Notes: a model not told the origin generated them from the letters alone. DNA of 32,000 nucleotides from Longivirga aurantiaca (GCF_042660085.1 NZ_JBHSTI010000002.1:120001-152000), one strand, 5' to 3'. Counted from the stretch's first letter, positions 7,804 through 16,266 are shown. Made by a program: numbers and translations.

Positions 7804-9116
7804 GCCCCGTCCCCCTCACCCAGCTCGAGGTGCCGGACTACGACCTCGGCCTGCGCGGGAAGCTCGTGCGCAGCGAGAAGCTGACCCGTTCCGGCAAGGC
7901 GGCGTTCTGCACGATCATCTACGGGCTCGACCCCGCGGACGGCGTCGCCGACACGCCTCTGTCGTCGGCGGCGAACGGCTACCCCGACGCGTTCGCCGTG
8001 CCGGACGAGTCGACCCGCGTCCAGCTGCCGTGGCGCCGCGCGACCGAGGCCGTGATCGCGGACATGGTCGACGACGACGGCGCACTGCTCGAGGAGTCGC
8101 CGCGCACGGTGCTCGCTCGGGTCGTGGCCGGCTTCGCCGAGCTCGGCCTCGTGCCCGTGCTCGGCTTCGAGTACGAGTGCTACGTGCTGCACGCGGACGA
8201 CGACGTCCTGCGTCGCGGCGACTACGCCTCGCTGCGCGCGCTGGGCCGGGTCGACAACGCGTACAGCATCGGGCGGCACACCGAGAGCGCCGACCTGCTC
8301 GGCGAGTTCATCGACCGGATGGACTCGATCGGCATCCCGGTGGAGGCCGCGCACTCCGAGCTGGGCCCGGGCTTCTTCGAGTTCGCGATGTCGCCGATGG
8401 ATGCCATGCGGGCCGCCGACAGCGCCGTCCGCGCACGCCAGTACTTCCGCGACCTGTGCGCCGAGCGAGGGCTGGTCGCGACCTTCATGGCCAAGCTGCG
8501 GATCGAGGCGTCGGGCTCCGGCGGCCACGTGCACCAGAGCGTGACGCGCGACGGCGTCAACCAGTTCTCCGACGGCGCGAACGGCCTGTCGGACACCGGC
8601 CGCGCCTACCTCGGCGGGCTCGTGCGCAGCATGGGCGACTACACGGTGCTGCTCAACCCGCTCCTCAACTCCTACAAGCGCATCAGCGCCGGCTTCTTCG
8701 TCGCCGAGAGGGCGACGTGGGGCTGGGACAACCGCAACGCCGCCTGCCGCGTGGTGCACAACGCGGGGTCGGCCGCGACGCGGGTGGAGCACCGGCGTCC
8801 AGGCGCCGACGCCAACCCGTACCTCGTGGCCGCCGCGCTGCTCGCGGGCGGGCTCGAGGGGCTGCGCGACGGCCTCGACCCGGGCGACCCGCTCGAGGTC
8901 GGGTCGGACATCGCGACGGCAGGGGACGCGCTGCCCTCGACCCTGCCGACGGCCATCGCGGCGTTCCGGGGCTCGAGCCGGGCCCGCTCGATGCTCGGCG
9001 ACCGGTTCGTCGACTGCTACGCCGCCACCCGGGACGCCGAGGTGGCCGCGTTCGAGACCTGGTGGAACACCTCCATCACCGACTGGGAACTTCGCCGCTA
9101 CGTGGAGCACCTGTGA
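7800..9116 (+). CDS. Glutamine synthetase-like ATP-dependent gamma-glutamyl ligase (type I GS catalytic domain), paralog 1
   Basis: GS catalytic motifs GFEYECYV (ExE), ELGPGFFEF, GSGGHVHQS, NSYKRI, RVEHRRPGADANPYL. Confidence 0.88.
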   Translation: MSPVPLTQLEVPDYDLGLRGKLVRSEKLTRSGKAAFCTIIYGLDPADGVADTPLSSAANGYPDAFAVPDESTRVQLPWRRATEAVIADMVDDDGALLEESPRTVLARVVAGFAELGLVPVLGFEYECYVLHADDDVLRRGDYASLRALGRVDNAYSIGRHTESADLLGEFIDRMDSIGIPVEAAHSELGPGFFEFAMSPMDAMRAADSAVRARQYFRDLCAERGLVATFMAKLRIEASGSGGHVHQSVTRDGVNQFSDGANGLSDTGRAYLGGLVRSMGDYTVLLNPLLNSYKRISAGFFVAERATWGWDNRNAACRVVHNAGSAATRVEHRRPGADANPYLVAAALLAGGLEGLRDGLDPGDPLEVGSDIATAGDALPSTLPTAIAAFRGSSRARSMLGDRFVDCYAATRDAEVAAFETWWNTSITDWELRRYVEHL

Positions 9117-10489
9117 CCTCATCGCCCCTGATCACGTACGTCGAACTGCTGGAGCTCGCCCGCCAGGGCGAGGTCGACACCGTCGTCTGCGGCACGCCCG
9201 ACCCGGTCGGGCGCATCGTCGGCAAGCGCCTCACGGTGCCGGCGTTCACGACGCTCTGCGTCGAGGGCGAGGGGATCGGCGCGAGCACGTTCGTCTTCGC
9301 CGTCGACGTCGAGATGACACCGCTCGACCTCCCGGTGTCGAGCGCGGAGAACGGCTGGGCCGACTTCCGGCTGGTGCCGGACATGGCGACCATGCGCCGC
9401 ATGCCGTGGGAGCCGCGCTCGGTCTTCGTCCTGTGCGACGCGTACGAGATGGGGAGCGACGACCTCGTGGCGGTCGCGCCCCGGACGATCCTGCGCCGGC
9501 AGATCGAGCGGGCCGAGGCGCTCGGCCTCCGGTTCAAGTTCGCCTCCGAGCTCGAGTTCTTCCTGTCGAGCACGCCGCAGGCCGAGGCGTGGAGGCGCCG
9601 CTACCGCGACCTCGAGCCGCTCACGCCGTACCGCAACGACTACCAGGTGCTGCAGGGCGGCCGGGACGAGTGGTTCATCTCCCAGGTCCGCAACCACATG
9701 AGCGACTGGGGCATCCCGATCGAGTCGTCCAAGCCCGAGTGGGGGCTCGGCCAGCAGGAGGTCACGCTCGACTACACGAGCACCCTCGAGATGGCCGACC
9801 GGCACGTGCTCTTCAAGTACGGCGTGAAGGAGCTCGCCCACCGCGCCGGGCTCACCTGCACGTTCATGGCGAAGCCGGCCATCGACGAGGTCGGCTCGTC
9901 GTGCCACCTGCACGTGAGCATGTGGGACCTCGACGACAACCCGGTCTCGTGGGACGGCACCGGGCCCGCCGGCATGTCGGCCAGGTTCGGGAGCTTCCTG
10001 TCGGGCCAGCTCGCCCACGTGCTCGACCTCGGTCTGCTCCTCGCCCCGACGGTCAACTCCTACAAGCGGTTCCAGCCCGACCAGTTCGCCGGCACCGCGA
10101 TCGCGGTCGGTGTCGACAACCGCTCGTGCGCGTTCCGCCTCGTCGGCCGGGGCCCGTCGTTCCGCATGGAGAACCGCATCCCGGGCGCCGACGTGAACCC
10201 GTACTACGCCTACTCCGCCACGATCGCCGCCGGTCTAGCCGGGATCGAGGCGGGCGCCGCGTCGCCGGAGCTGCACTCGGGCAACGCGTGGACCGACGGC
10301 GACCTCGCGACGATGACGACGTCGCTCCACCGCTCGGTCGACCGGTTCGCCGCGGCCGAGGTGGCGCGCGACGCCTTCGGTGACGACGTGTTCGAGCACC
10401 TGCTGCAGAGCGCCCGCGCCGAGGTGCTGGCGTTCGACTCCGGCTGCGTGACGGACTGGGAGCTCGTCCGCTACTACGAGCGGGTCTGA
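9113..10489 (+). CDS. Glutamine synthetase-like ATP-dependent gamma-glutamyl ligase, paralog 2
   Basis: GTG 9113 overlaps the upstream TGA (GTGA). Motifs: PDPVGRIVGKRL N-terminal domain, ASELEFFL (ExE), EWGLGQQEV, GSSCHLHVS, NSYKRF, RMENRIPGADVNPYY. The upstream part of the track ORF 8030..10489 is an alternate-frame artefact. Confidence 0.88.
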   Translation: MTSSPLITYVELLELARQGEVDTVVCGTPDPVGRIVGKRLTVPAFTTLCVEGEGIGASTFVFAVDVEMTPLDLPVSSAENGWADFRLVPDMATMRRMPWEPRSVFVLCDAYEMGSDDLVAVAPRTILRRQIERAEALGLRFKFASELEFFLSSTPQAEAWRRRYRDLEPLTPYRNDYQVLQGGRDEWFISQVRNHMSDWGIPIESSKPEWGLGQQEVTLDYTSTLEMADRHVLFKYGVKELAHRAGLTCTFMAKPAIDEVGSSCHLHVSMWDLDDNPVSWDGTGPAGMSARFGSFLSGQLAHVLDLGLLLAPTVNSYKRFQPDQFAGTAIAVGVDNRSCAFRLVGRGPSFRMENRIPGADVNPYYAYSATIAAGLAGIEAGAASPELHSGNAWTDGDLATMTTSLHRSVDRFAAAEVARDAFGDDVFEHLLQSARAEVLAFDSGCVTDWELVRYYERV

Positions 10490-10490
10490 G

Positions 10491-11222
10491 GTGGGCGGCC
10501 GTCGTCCGGTCATCGGCGTCACGGGCTTCCACGAGCAGTGGGCGTTCGAGCACGGCAGCTACCTGTTCACCGCGACCGAGCGGGTCTTCACCGACGGTCT
10601 GCTCGAGGCCGGCGGGCTCCCGGTGCTGCTCATGAGCGCGGCCGAGACGACCGACGACGCGGTCGCGATGCTCGACGGGCTGCTGCTCACGGGCGGTGCC
10701 GACGTGGAGCCGTCTCACTACGGGCGGGAGGTGGCGCCGGAGACCGGGACGCCCGACCACGAGCGCGACGCGTTCGAGATCGCACTCGTCCGGGCAGCCG
10801 TCGACCGGGGCCTGCCCGTGCTGGCGGTCTGCCGGGGCAACCAGGTCGTCAACGTGGCGCTCGGTGGCGAGCTCGTGCAGCACGCACCGACGCACCAGGG
10901 CTACGGCCACCCCACGGTCGGCTTCCACGACGTCGACGTCGCCGCCGGCTCGCGGCTCGCCTCCGTGCTGGGCGCAGGGAACCATCCGGTGAACTCCCTG
11001 CACCACCAGACCGTAGGCAGCACGGCCCCCTCGCTGCGTGCCGTCGCGCACACGGCCGACGGCTCGGTCGAGGCGACCGAGCACCCCGACCAGCCGCTGA
11101 TCACCGTGCAGTGGCACCCCGAGCGCCAGCTCGACAACGACTACTGGTCGCGCCTCGCGTCCTGGCTCGTGCGCGAGGCCAGGACGTACTCGTCCCGCAC
11201 GCCCGAAGGTCAGGAGCCCTGA
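10491..11222 (+). CDS. Gamma-glutamyl-amide hydrolase, class I glutamine amidotransferase-like / peptidase C26 (PuuD-like)
   Basis: LLLTGGADV, AVCRGNQVVNVALGG (nucleophile Cys elbow), NSLHHQ, VQWHPE. GTG lies 1 nt after the upstream TGA. Confidence 0.88.
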   Translation: MGGRRPVIGVTGFHEQWAFEHGSYLFTATERVFTDGLLEAGGLPVLLMSAAETTDDAVAMLDGLLLTGGADVEPSHYGREVAPETGTPDHERDAFEIALVRAAVDRGLPVLAVCRGNQVVNVALGGELVQHAPTHQGYGHPTVGFHDVDVAAGSRLASVLGAGNHPVNSLHHQTVGSTAPSLRAVAHTADGSVEATEHPDQPLITVQWHPERQLDNDYWSRLASWLVREARTYSSRTPEGQEP

Positions 11223-12148
11223 TGCCGCTGCACCCCGTCGCCGCCCAGATGGTCGAGGACGCCAAGACCGGGCGGCCGAACGCCCACCTGCTGCCCGTCG
11301 AGGAGGCCCGCGCCAACTTCGAGAGCGACTTCGGCTCGCTGCCCAAGCCGGCCATCGCCCGCAGCGAGGACGTCGAGATCCCGGTGCGGGACACCGTGAT
11401 CCCCGGCCGGGTCCTCTCGGACACGACCGAGCCGGGCGCGCCGCTGCTCGTCTTCTTCCACGGCGGAGGCTGGCTGCTCGGCAGCATCGACAGCCACGAC
11501 ATGATGGCGCGCAAGATCGCGATCGCGACCGGCTGCGTCGTCCTCAGCGTCGGCTATCGGCGCGGCCCCGACTCGCGGTTCCCGACCGCCACCGATGACG
11601 CGCTCGACGCCGTGCGGTGGGCCGTGGCGAACGCCGACATGCTGGGTGCGGACGCGTCGCGGCTCGTCCTCGCGGGAGACAGCGCCGGCGGCAACCTCGC
11701 CGCGGTCACCGCGATCCGGTGCCGGGACGAGGGCGGCCCCGCGGTGACGCACCAACTGCTGGTCTACCCGGTGACGACCTGCGACCTGGAGATCGGGTTC
11801 GACCCGGAGTGGGAGGGCGTCATGCTCTACCGCGACGAGATGCTGTGGCACCAGGAGCACTACCTGCCGGGGCCCGAGGCCCGGACCGACCCGCACGTGG
11901 CGCCGCTGCTGGCCGATCTCGCCGGTCTCCCGGCCGCCACCGTCGTCCTCGGCGAGTGCGACCCGATCCGTCCGCAGGGCCGCCTCTATGCCGAGGCGCT
12001 GGCGGCAGCGGGCGTGCCCGTGCAGGTCGAGGAGTACGCGAGCCTGGTGCACGGGTTCTTCGGCCTCGAGATGCTCTTCCCCGAGGCCGCCGCGGCGATG
12101 GACTTCGCCGGCGCTGCGGTGCGCGCTGCCGTCGGGACGACGGCATGA
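11222..12148 (+). CDS. Alpha/beta hydrolase, hormone-sensitive-lipase (family IV) type esterase
   Basis: ATG 11222 shares one base with the upstream TGA (TGATG). Motifs: FFHGGGWLLGS oxyanion-hole HGGG, AGDSAGGNLAA nucleophile GDSAG, CDPIRPQG, LVHGFF. Confidence 0.88.
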   Translation: MPLHPVAAQMVEDAKTGRPNAHLLPVEEARANFESDFGSLPKPAIARSEDVEIPVRDTVIPGRVLSDTTEPGAPLLVFFHGGGWLLGSIDSHDMMARKIAIATGCVVLSVGYRRGPDSRFPTATDDALDAVRWAVANADMLGADASRLVLAGDSAGGNLAAVTAIRCRDEGGPAVTHQLLVYPVTTCDLEIGFDPEWEGVMLYRDEMLWHQEHYLPGPEARTDPHVAPLLADLAGLPAATVVLGECDPIRPQGRLYAEALAAAGVPVQVEEYASLVHGFFGLEMLFPEAAAAMDFAGAAVRAAVGTTA

Positions 12149-12894
12149 GCGAGGCCCGGCGCCCGACCGCTGTGGTCACCGGCGCAGGCGGGGGCATCGG
12201 CCTCGTAACGGCGCTGCGGCTCGACCGCGACGGCTACCGCGTGTGGGCCGTCGACGTGAAGGACGCGGCGCCCGAGCTCGCCGGGACAGGGATCGTCGCC
12301 GTACGTGCTGATCTCACCGACCCGGCCGCGCCGGCCGCGCTCCTCGCGGAGCATCTGGGCGACGACGGGCTCGATGCGCTGGTCAACGCGGCCGGCGTCG
12401 CGTTCTTCGACCGGGACGTCTCCGCCCTCGACGTCGACGAGGAGCTCTGGAGCCGCACGTTCGCGGTCAACCTCGACGGCATGCGCCGGATGAGCGCCGC
12501 GGCGGTGCCCTACATGCGACGCACGGCGGGCGCCGCGATGGTGCACGTCGCGAGCATCGCCGGCCTCCGCGGGATGGACTCGCCGATGGACGCCTACCAG
12601 GTGAGCAAGGCCGGCGTCGTGTCGCTCTCGCGCAGCATCGCCGTGCAGCTCGGGCCGGAGGGCATCCGGTCCAACACCGTGTGCCCCGGCGCGGTGCTCA
12701 CACCGATGATCGCCCACCTGTACGACGAGGCGCCGGAACGCCGGACGCGGATGGAGGGCAAGACCCCGCTGCGCCGGCTCGGCAGGCCCGAGGACATCGC
12801 CGCGGCGGTCCGCTGGCTGCTCTCGAGCGAGGCCTCGTTCGTCACGGGCACCGACCTGGTGGTGGACGGCGGATGGATCGCGCAGATCGTATGA
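12145..12894 (+). CDS. SDR family oxidoreductase
   Basis: ATGA overlap at 12145-12148. Motifs: AVVTGAGGGIGLV, NAAG, ASIAG, YQVSKAG, PGAVLTPM. Confidence 0.9.
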   Translation: MSEARRPTAVVTGAGGGIGLVTALRLDRDGYRVWAVDVKDAAPELAGTGIVAVRADLTDPAAPAALLAEHLGDDGLDALVNAAGVAFFDRDVSALDVDEELWSRTFAVNLDGMRRMSAAAVPYMRRTAGAAMVHVASIAGLRGMDSPMDAYQVSKAGVVSLSRSIAVQLGPEGIRSNTVCPGAVLTPMIAHLYDEAPERRTRMEGKTPLRRLGRPEDIAAAVRWLLSSEASFVTGTDLVVDGGWIAQIV

Positions 12895-13691
12895 GCCCAG
12901 CCTCCGTCCCGCGGCGCTCACCTATGCTTCCGAGAACTGCAGGCATCGACGAAGGGCGCTCTGTGACGACGTCGCCGTACGGACTCCAGCCCGTGCGCAC
13001 GCGGTCCGCCCACGAGCTGGTGCTGCAGCAGATCGAGACCGCGATCAACCTGGGCCGGTTCCGGCCCGGCGACCGGCTCCCCACCGAGCGCGACCTCGCC
13101 GACATGCTGCACGTCTCGCGCACCACGGTGCGCGAGGCGATCGCGGTGCTCGAGAACCGCGGCGTCATCGAGGTACGTCGGGGCCGCAACGGCGGGGCGA
13201 TCGTGCTCGACGTCGTGCGCACCAAGGCCGATCTGCGCAAGCTCCTGCGCGCCAACCGCGACCAGCTGCGCGACACGTTCGACTTCCGGGTGGCCGTCGA
13301 GTCGGCCGCCGCGCGCCTCGCGGCCGAACGCCGTACGGCTGCGGACATCGACACCCTGCGGCGCCTCGTCGACATGCTGTCGCTCGTGGTCGAGAGCCCT
13401 GCCGAGGTGAGCGGGTCGGCCCGCTTCGCGCAGTTCCAGAACCTCGACTCGCAGTTCCACCTCGCCATCGCGCACGCGGCCGGGAGCCAGCGGCTCGCGA
13501 CCGCGATCCTCGAGTCGCGCAGCGCGATGTTCCTGCCGGTGGGTGCGGTCTTCACCGATCTCGAGCCCACGGCCAACGACCTGCACGAGGCGGTGGTCGA
13601 GGCGATCGTCGCCGCCGACGGCGACGAGGCCGCGCGCGTGATGGCCGAGCACATCAACGTGACCCGGTCGACGGTCGAGGGCTGGCTCTGA
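12891..13691 (+). CDS. GntR-family transcriptional regulator, FadR subfamily (FCD ligand domain)
   Basis: Winged HTH LPTERDLADMLHVSRTTVREAIAVLENRGVIEVRRGRNGG. FCD-type helices FRVAVESAAARLAA and FHLAIAHAAGSQRL. I prefer the start at ATG 12891 because it forms an ATGA overlap like the rest of the operon. ATG 12924 or GTG 12963 remain possible. Confidence 0.8.
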   Translation: MSPASVPRRSPMLPRTAGIDEGRSVTTSPYGLQPVRTRSAHELVLQQIETAINLGRFRPGDRLPTERDLADMLHVSRTTVREAIAVLENRGVIEVRRGRNGGAIVLDVVRTKADLRKLLRANRDQLRDTFDFRVAVESAAARLAAERRTAADIDTLRRLVDMLSLVVESPAEVSGSARFAQFQNLDSQFHLAIAHAAGSQRLATAILESRSAMFLPVGAVFTDLEPTANDLHEAVVEAIVAADGDEAARVMAEHINVTRSTVEGWL

Positions 13692-13713
13692 CCCGACCGC
13701 TTCGTCGCACTCG

Positions 13714-13992
13714 TCAGGCGACGACCAGCACCGCGTTGTCGCCGTTGCGCTCGGGGGCCTCGGGCTCGTCGAGCCAGGTGCCGCCCTCGCCGAGGTAGCG
13801 GAACTCGAACCGCCCCTCGGCGACCTCCACCTTGGCGCTGCGGGTGCCGTTCCACCGGCGGACGAGCGGGTTCGCGCCCGGCGTCCAGCCGTTGAAGTCG
13901 CCGACCACGCTCACCGGCCCGTCGTGCACGTCGCCGGGCAGCACGAACGTCACCGTCGTGCCGCCCTTGCGGGACCTCGCCACCTTGATCAT
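13714..13992 (-). CDS. Small stand-alone glycogen-binding (CBM48 / AMPK-beta GBD-like, early-set) domain protein
   Basis: 92 aa. VTFVLPGDV...VSVVGDFNGWTP...PLVRR..G....VEVAEGRFEFRYL is the typical CBM48 pattern. SD GAGAGGTG lies upstream of ATG 13992. Confidence 0.75.
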   Translation of the reverse strand: MIKVARSRKGGTTVTFVLPGDVHDGPVSVVGDFNGWTPGANPLVRRWNGTRSAKVEVAEGRFEFRYLGEGGTWLDEPEAPERNGDNAVLVVA

Positions 13993-14223
13993 CGCTGCAC
14001 CTCTCGGAGTCTGGACGGACGGCCGGAGGCCGCCCGCGTGCCCAGGGTGCTCGACCGTCGACGTCGGCCGCGCGGCGGCACGCGCACGAAACCTGTTGTT
14101 TGCACGGGGTTCACGATGGTTTACACAGAGTGAGGGCCTGACTGCGGTACGTCGCCACTCACCCGTTCGTGGTCACCCGTGCGGTCGATTCGAAGTGACG
14201 CACAGTTCCGGCATCCTCATCGC

Positions 14224-14928
14224 ATGACGCCGTACGGGGTTACGGACGTCCTGGCCGAGCGCGATCTCATCGTGCCCGGGTCGGTCGTCGATGTGGACAG
14301 TGTGCGCCGCGAGCCGGCGCTCTTCGCCGATGCTGCGCTCGCGCTCGGATGGCTCGACTCGTTCGTGCTGCAGCCGAACGACGGCCTGGGAAGGCCAGGT
14401 CACGTGTGCCCGCGCCTCGGCCCGGTCGTGAGTGCCAACCGGCTCACCTTCGTGACGATGCAGACCCCCGACGCCGAGCTGGGCACCGCGTACGCCGCGG
14501 GCCAGCAGCTCGCCACCCTCTACCGGTCGCTGTACCCGGACACCTCCGACCACAAGAGCGCCGCGCTGATCGCGATGTTCCCGGACCTCCCCGAGGCCGA
14601 GGCAGGCACCTTCATCGACGGCGGTCACAAGCTGCTGCGCATGGAGTACGTCGGCCAGGGCCTCATGCTCGGGGAGTTTCACCCCACGAGCGGCGTGGCC
14701 AGCGTGCGCAACGACCAGCTGCCGGTGATGCAGGCGCCCGTGCCGATGTACGCGATCCGCGGCATCACGCCGCACGACATCATGTTCCTCGACCGTCCCA
14801 CCGAGGACCCGCAGCGCCGCATCTCGTACCTCGAGCACTACCTGCACTTCGTGGGGCCGCAGCTCGCGGCCTCGGCCCGGATCCGCGTCTCGGCCACCCT
14901 CGAGGAGCTCAAGGCCGCTGCCGGCTGA
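14224..14928 (+). CDS. Hypothetical protein (family not recognised)
   Basis: Protein-like composition and high GC3. Conserved-looking GRPGHVCPRL and GEFHP segments. ATG 14224 is preferred over the track GTG 14179 because the 15 intervening codons are rich in A/T-ending codons, which is atypical for this genome. Confidence 0.65.
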   Translation: MTPYGVTDVLAERDLIVPGSVVDVDSVRREPALFADAALALGWLDSFVLQPNDGLGRPGHVCPRLGPVVSANRLTFVTMQTPDAELGTAYAAGQQLATLYRSLYPDTSDHKSAALIAMFPDLPEAEAGTFIDGGHKLLRMEYVGQGLMLGEFHPTSGVASVRNDQLPVMQAPVPMYAIRGITPHDIMFLDRPTEDPQRRISYLEHYLHFVGPQLAASARIRVSATLEELKAAAG

Positions 14929-14935
14929 CCCGCGC

Positions 14936-15988
14936 TCAGAGCGCGAGGTCGACGACCGTCATCCCCGACGTCGTCGCCGGCTCGCTCATCGCCGCCAGCG
15001 CCGCAGGGGCGTCCTCCAGTGCGATGACCCGTCCGACGAGGCGTCGTACGTCGAGCCGCCCCGACGCGACGAGCGCGAGCATCTCGGGGTAGTCGTGCGC
15101 CGGCATCCCGTGGCTGCCGTAGATCTCGAGCTCCTCGGCGATCGCCCGCCCCATGGGCACCGGCGCGACGGCGGAGTCCTCGAGCATCAGCCCCACCTGC
15201 ACGTGCCGGCCGCGACGACGCAGCGACCCGATCGACGCCGTCATGGTGGCGGTGCCGCCGAGTGCGTCCACCGACACGTGCGCGCCGCCGCCGGTGGAGT
15301 CGCGGACTGCGGCCGCGACCTCGTCGGGCGTCAGCCCCGTCGCGTCGACCGTGGCGGCCGCTCCGAGAGCGCGCGCGGTCGCGAGCGCCTCGGACGACAC
15401 GTCGACCGCGATCACCTGCGCCCCGAGCGACACCCCCACGACGACGGCCGACAGCCCGACACCGCCGCACCCGTGGACGGCGAGCACGTCGCCCTCGGTG
15501 GTGCGCCCCTGGTGCACGACCGCGCGGTACGCCGTCGCGAAGCGGCATCCGAGCGAGGCGGCGTCGACGAAGGAGAGGTCGTCCGGCAGGCGCACGAGGT
15601 TTGTGTCGGCGGCGTGCAGCGCCACGAGGTCGGCGAACGAGCCGTGGTGCGTGAAGCCGGGCTGCGTCTGGTCGGGGCAGACCTGGGTGTCGCCCGCGGC
15701 GCACTGCTCGCAGCGCCCGCACCCGCACGCGAACGGCACGGTGACGCGGTCGCCGACCTCCCACCGCGTGACGTCTCGACCGACGACGGCCACGGTCGCC
15801 GCGAGTTCGTGCCCCGGCACCCAGGGCAGGAACGGCACGGGATCGTGGCCGAGCCAGGCGTGCCAGTCGGATCGGCAGACCCCGGTCGCGCCGACGCGGA
15901 CGACCACCCCGTCGTCCGGGCAGACCGGCTCGGGGAGCTCGCCGAGCACGGGCATCTCGCCGTACGCCGACCACACCACTGCTCGCAC
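14936..15988 (-). CDS. Zinc-dependent alcohol dehydrogenase (medium-chain dehydrogenase/reductase)
   Basis: GVCRSDWH and PGHE catalytic-Zn ligands, structural-Zn CGCGRCEQCAAGDTQVC, NAD site VHGCGGVGLS. GTG 15988 has AGGAGG (15995-16000, minus strand) 6 nt upstream. The track start at 16015 adds 9 residues. Confidence 0.9.
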   Translation of the reverse strand: MRAVVWSAYGEMPVLGELPEPVCPDDGVVVRVGATGVCRSDWHAWLGHDPVPFLPWVPGHELAATVAVVGRDVTRWEVGDRVTVPFACGCGRCEQCAAGDTQVCPDQTQPGFTHHGSFADLVALHAADTNLVRLPDDLSFVDAASLGCRFATAYRAVVHQGRTTEGDVLAVHGCGGVGLSAVVVGVSLGAQVIAVDVSSEALATARALGAAATVDATGLTPDEVAAAVRDSTGGGAHVSVDALGGTATMTASIGSLRRRGRHVQVGLMLEDSAVAPVPMGRAIAEELEIYGSHGMPAHDYPEMLALVASGRLDVRRLVGRVIALEDAPAALAAMSEPATTSGMTVVDLAL

Positions 15989-16266
15989 CGCGCGCCTCCT
16001 CGTCGTCGGCCACATCCTGCCGTGGTCGGGAGGTCGACGGCCGATAGCACCCGTGCCTGTCTCGACCGTCGCGGTGCCAGCACCCTGCGCCCCCGGATCG
16101 GTCGGAGCGCCACATCAGGCGCGGAACGTGCCGGCGGCTTCGCTCCCTGACAGAAGACAGGACAGCCCGAGAAAGAACCGGCAAGATGCGCGGACATCAA
16201 CGGCCTCGGGAAGCGCCGCCGAAACGTGGACGATAGCCTCCGCCGACTGCCGAGCGGAGGAGTCCC

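Noticed and set aside
2115-10489. Other long shadow ORFs, for example 2115..3776(-), 3650..4876(-), 5907..6935(-), 6685..7596(-), 7638..9122(-), 9119..10018(-), and plus-strand off-frames 4048.., 6873.., 8030.., 9406...
   Set aside because: Each overlaps a motif-supported gene in another frame or strand and shows an Arg/Pro/Gly-rich composition. No independent evidence supports them.
15989-16266. A possible riboswitch or sRNA in the 278-nt ADH/CPBP intergenic region (GGTCGA...TCGACC hairpin 16032-16068, purine-rich tract 16148-16200).
   Set aside because: I could not match it to any riboswitch consensus I know (TPP, SAM, cobalamin, c-di-AMP ydaO, glycine, and others). The stems are short. 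I kept only the CCGATAGC observation.
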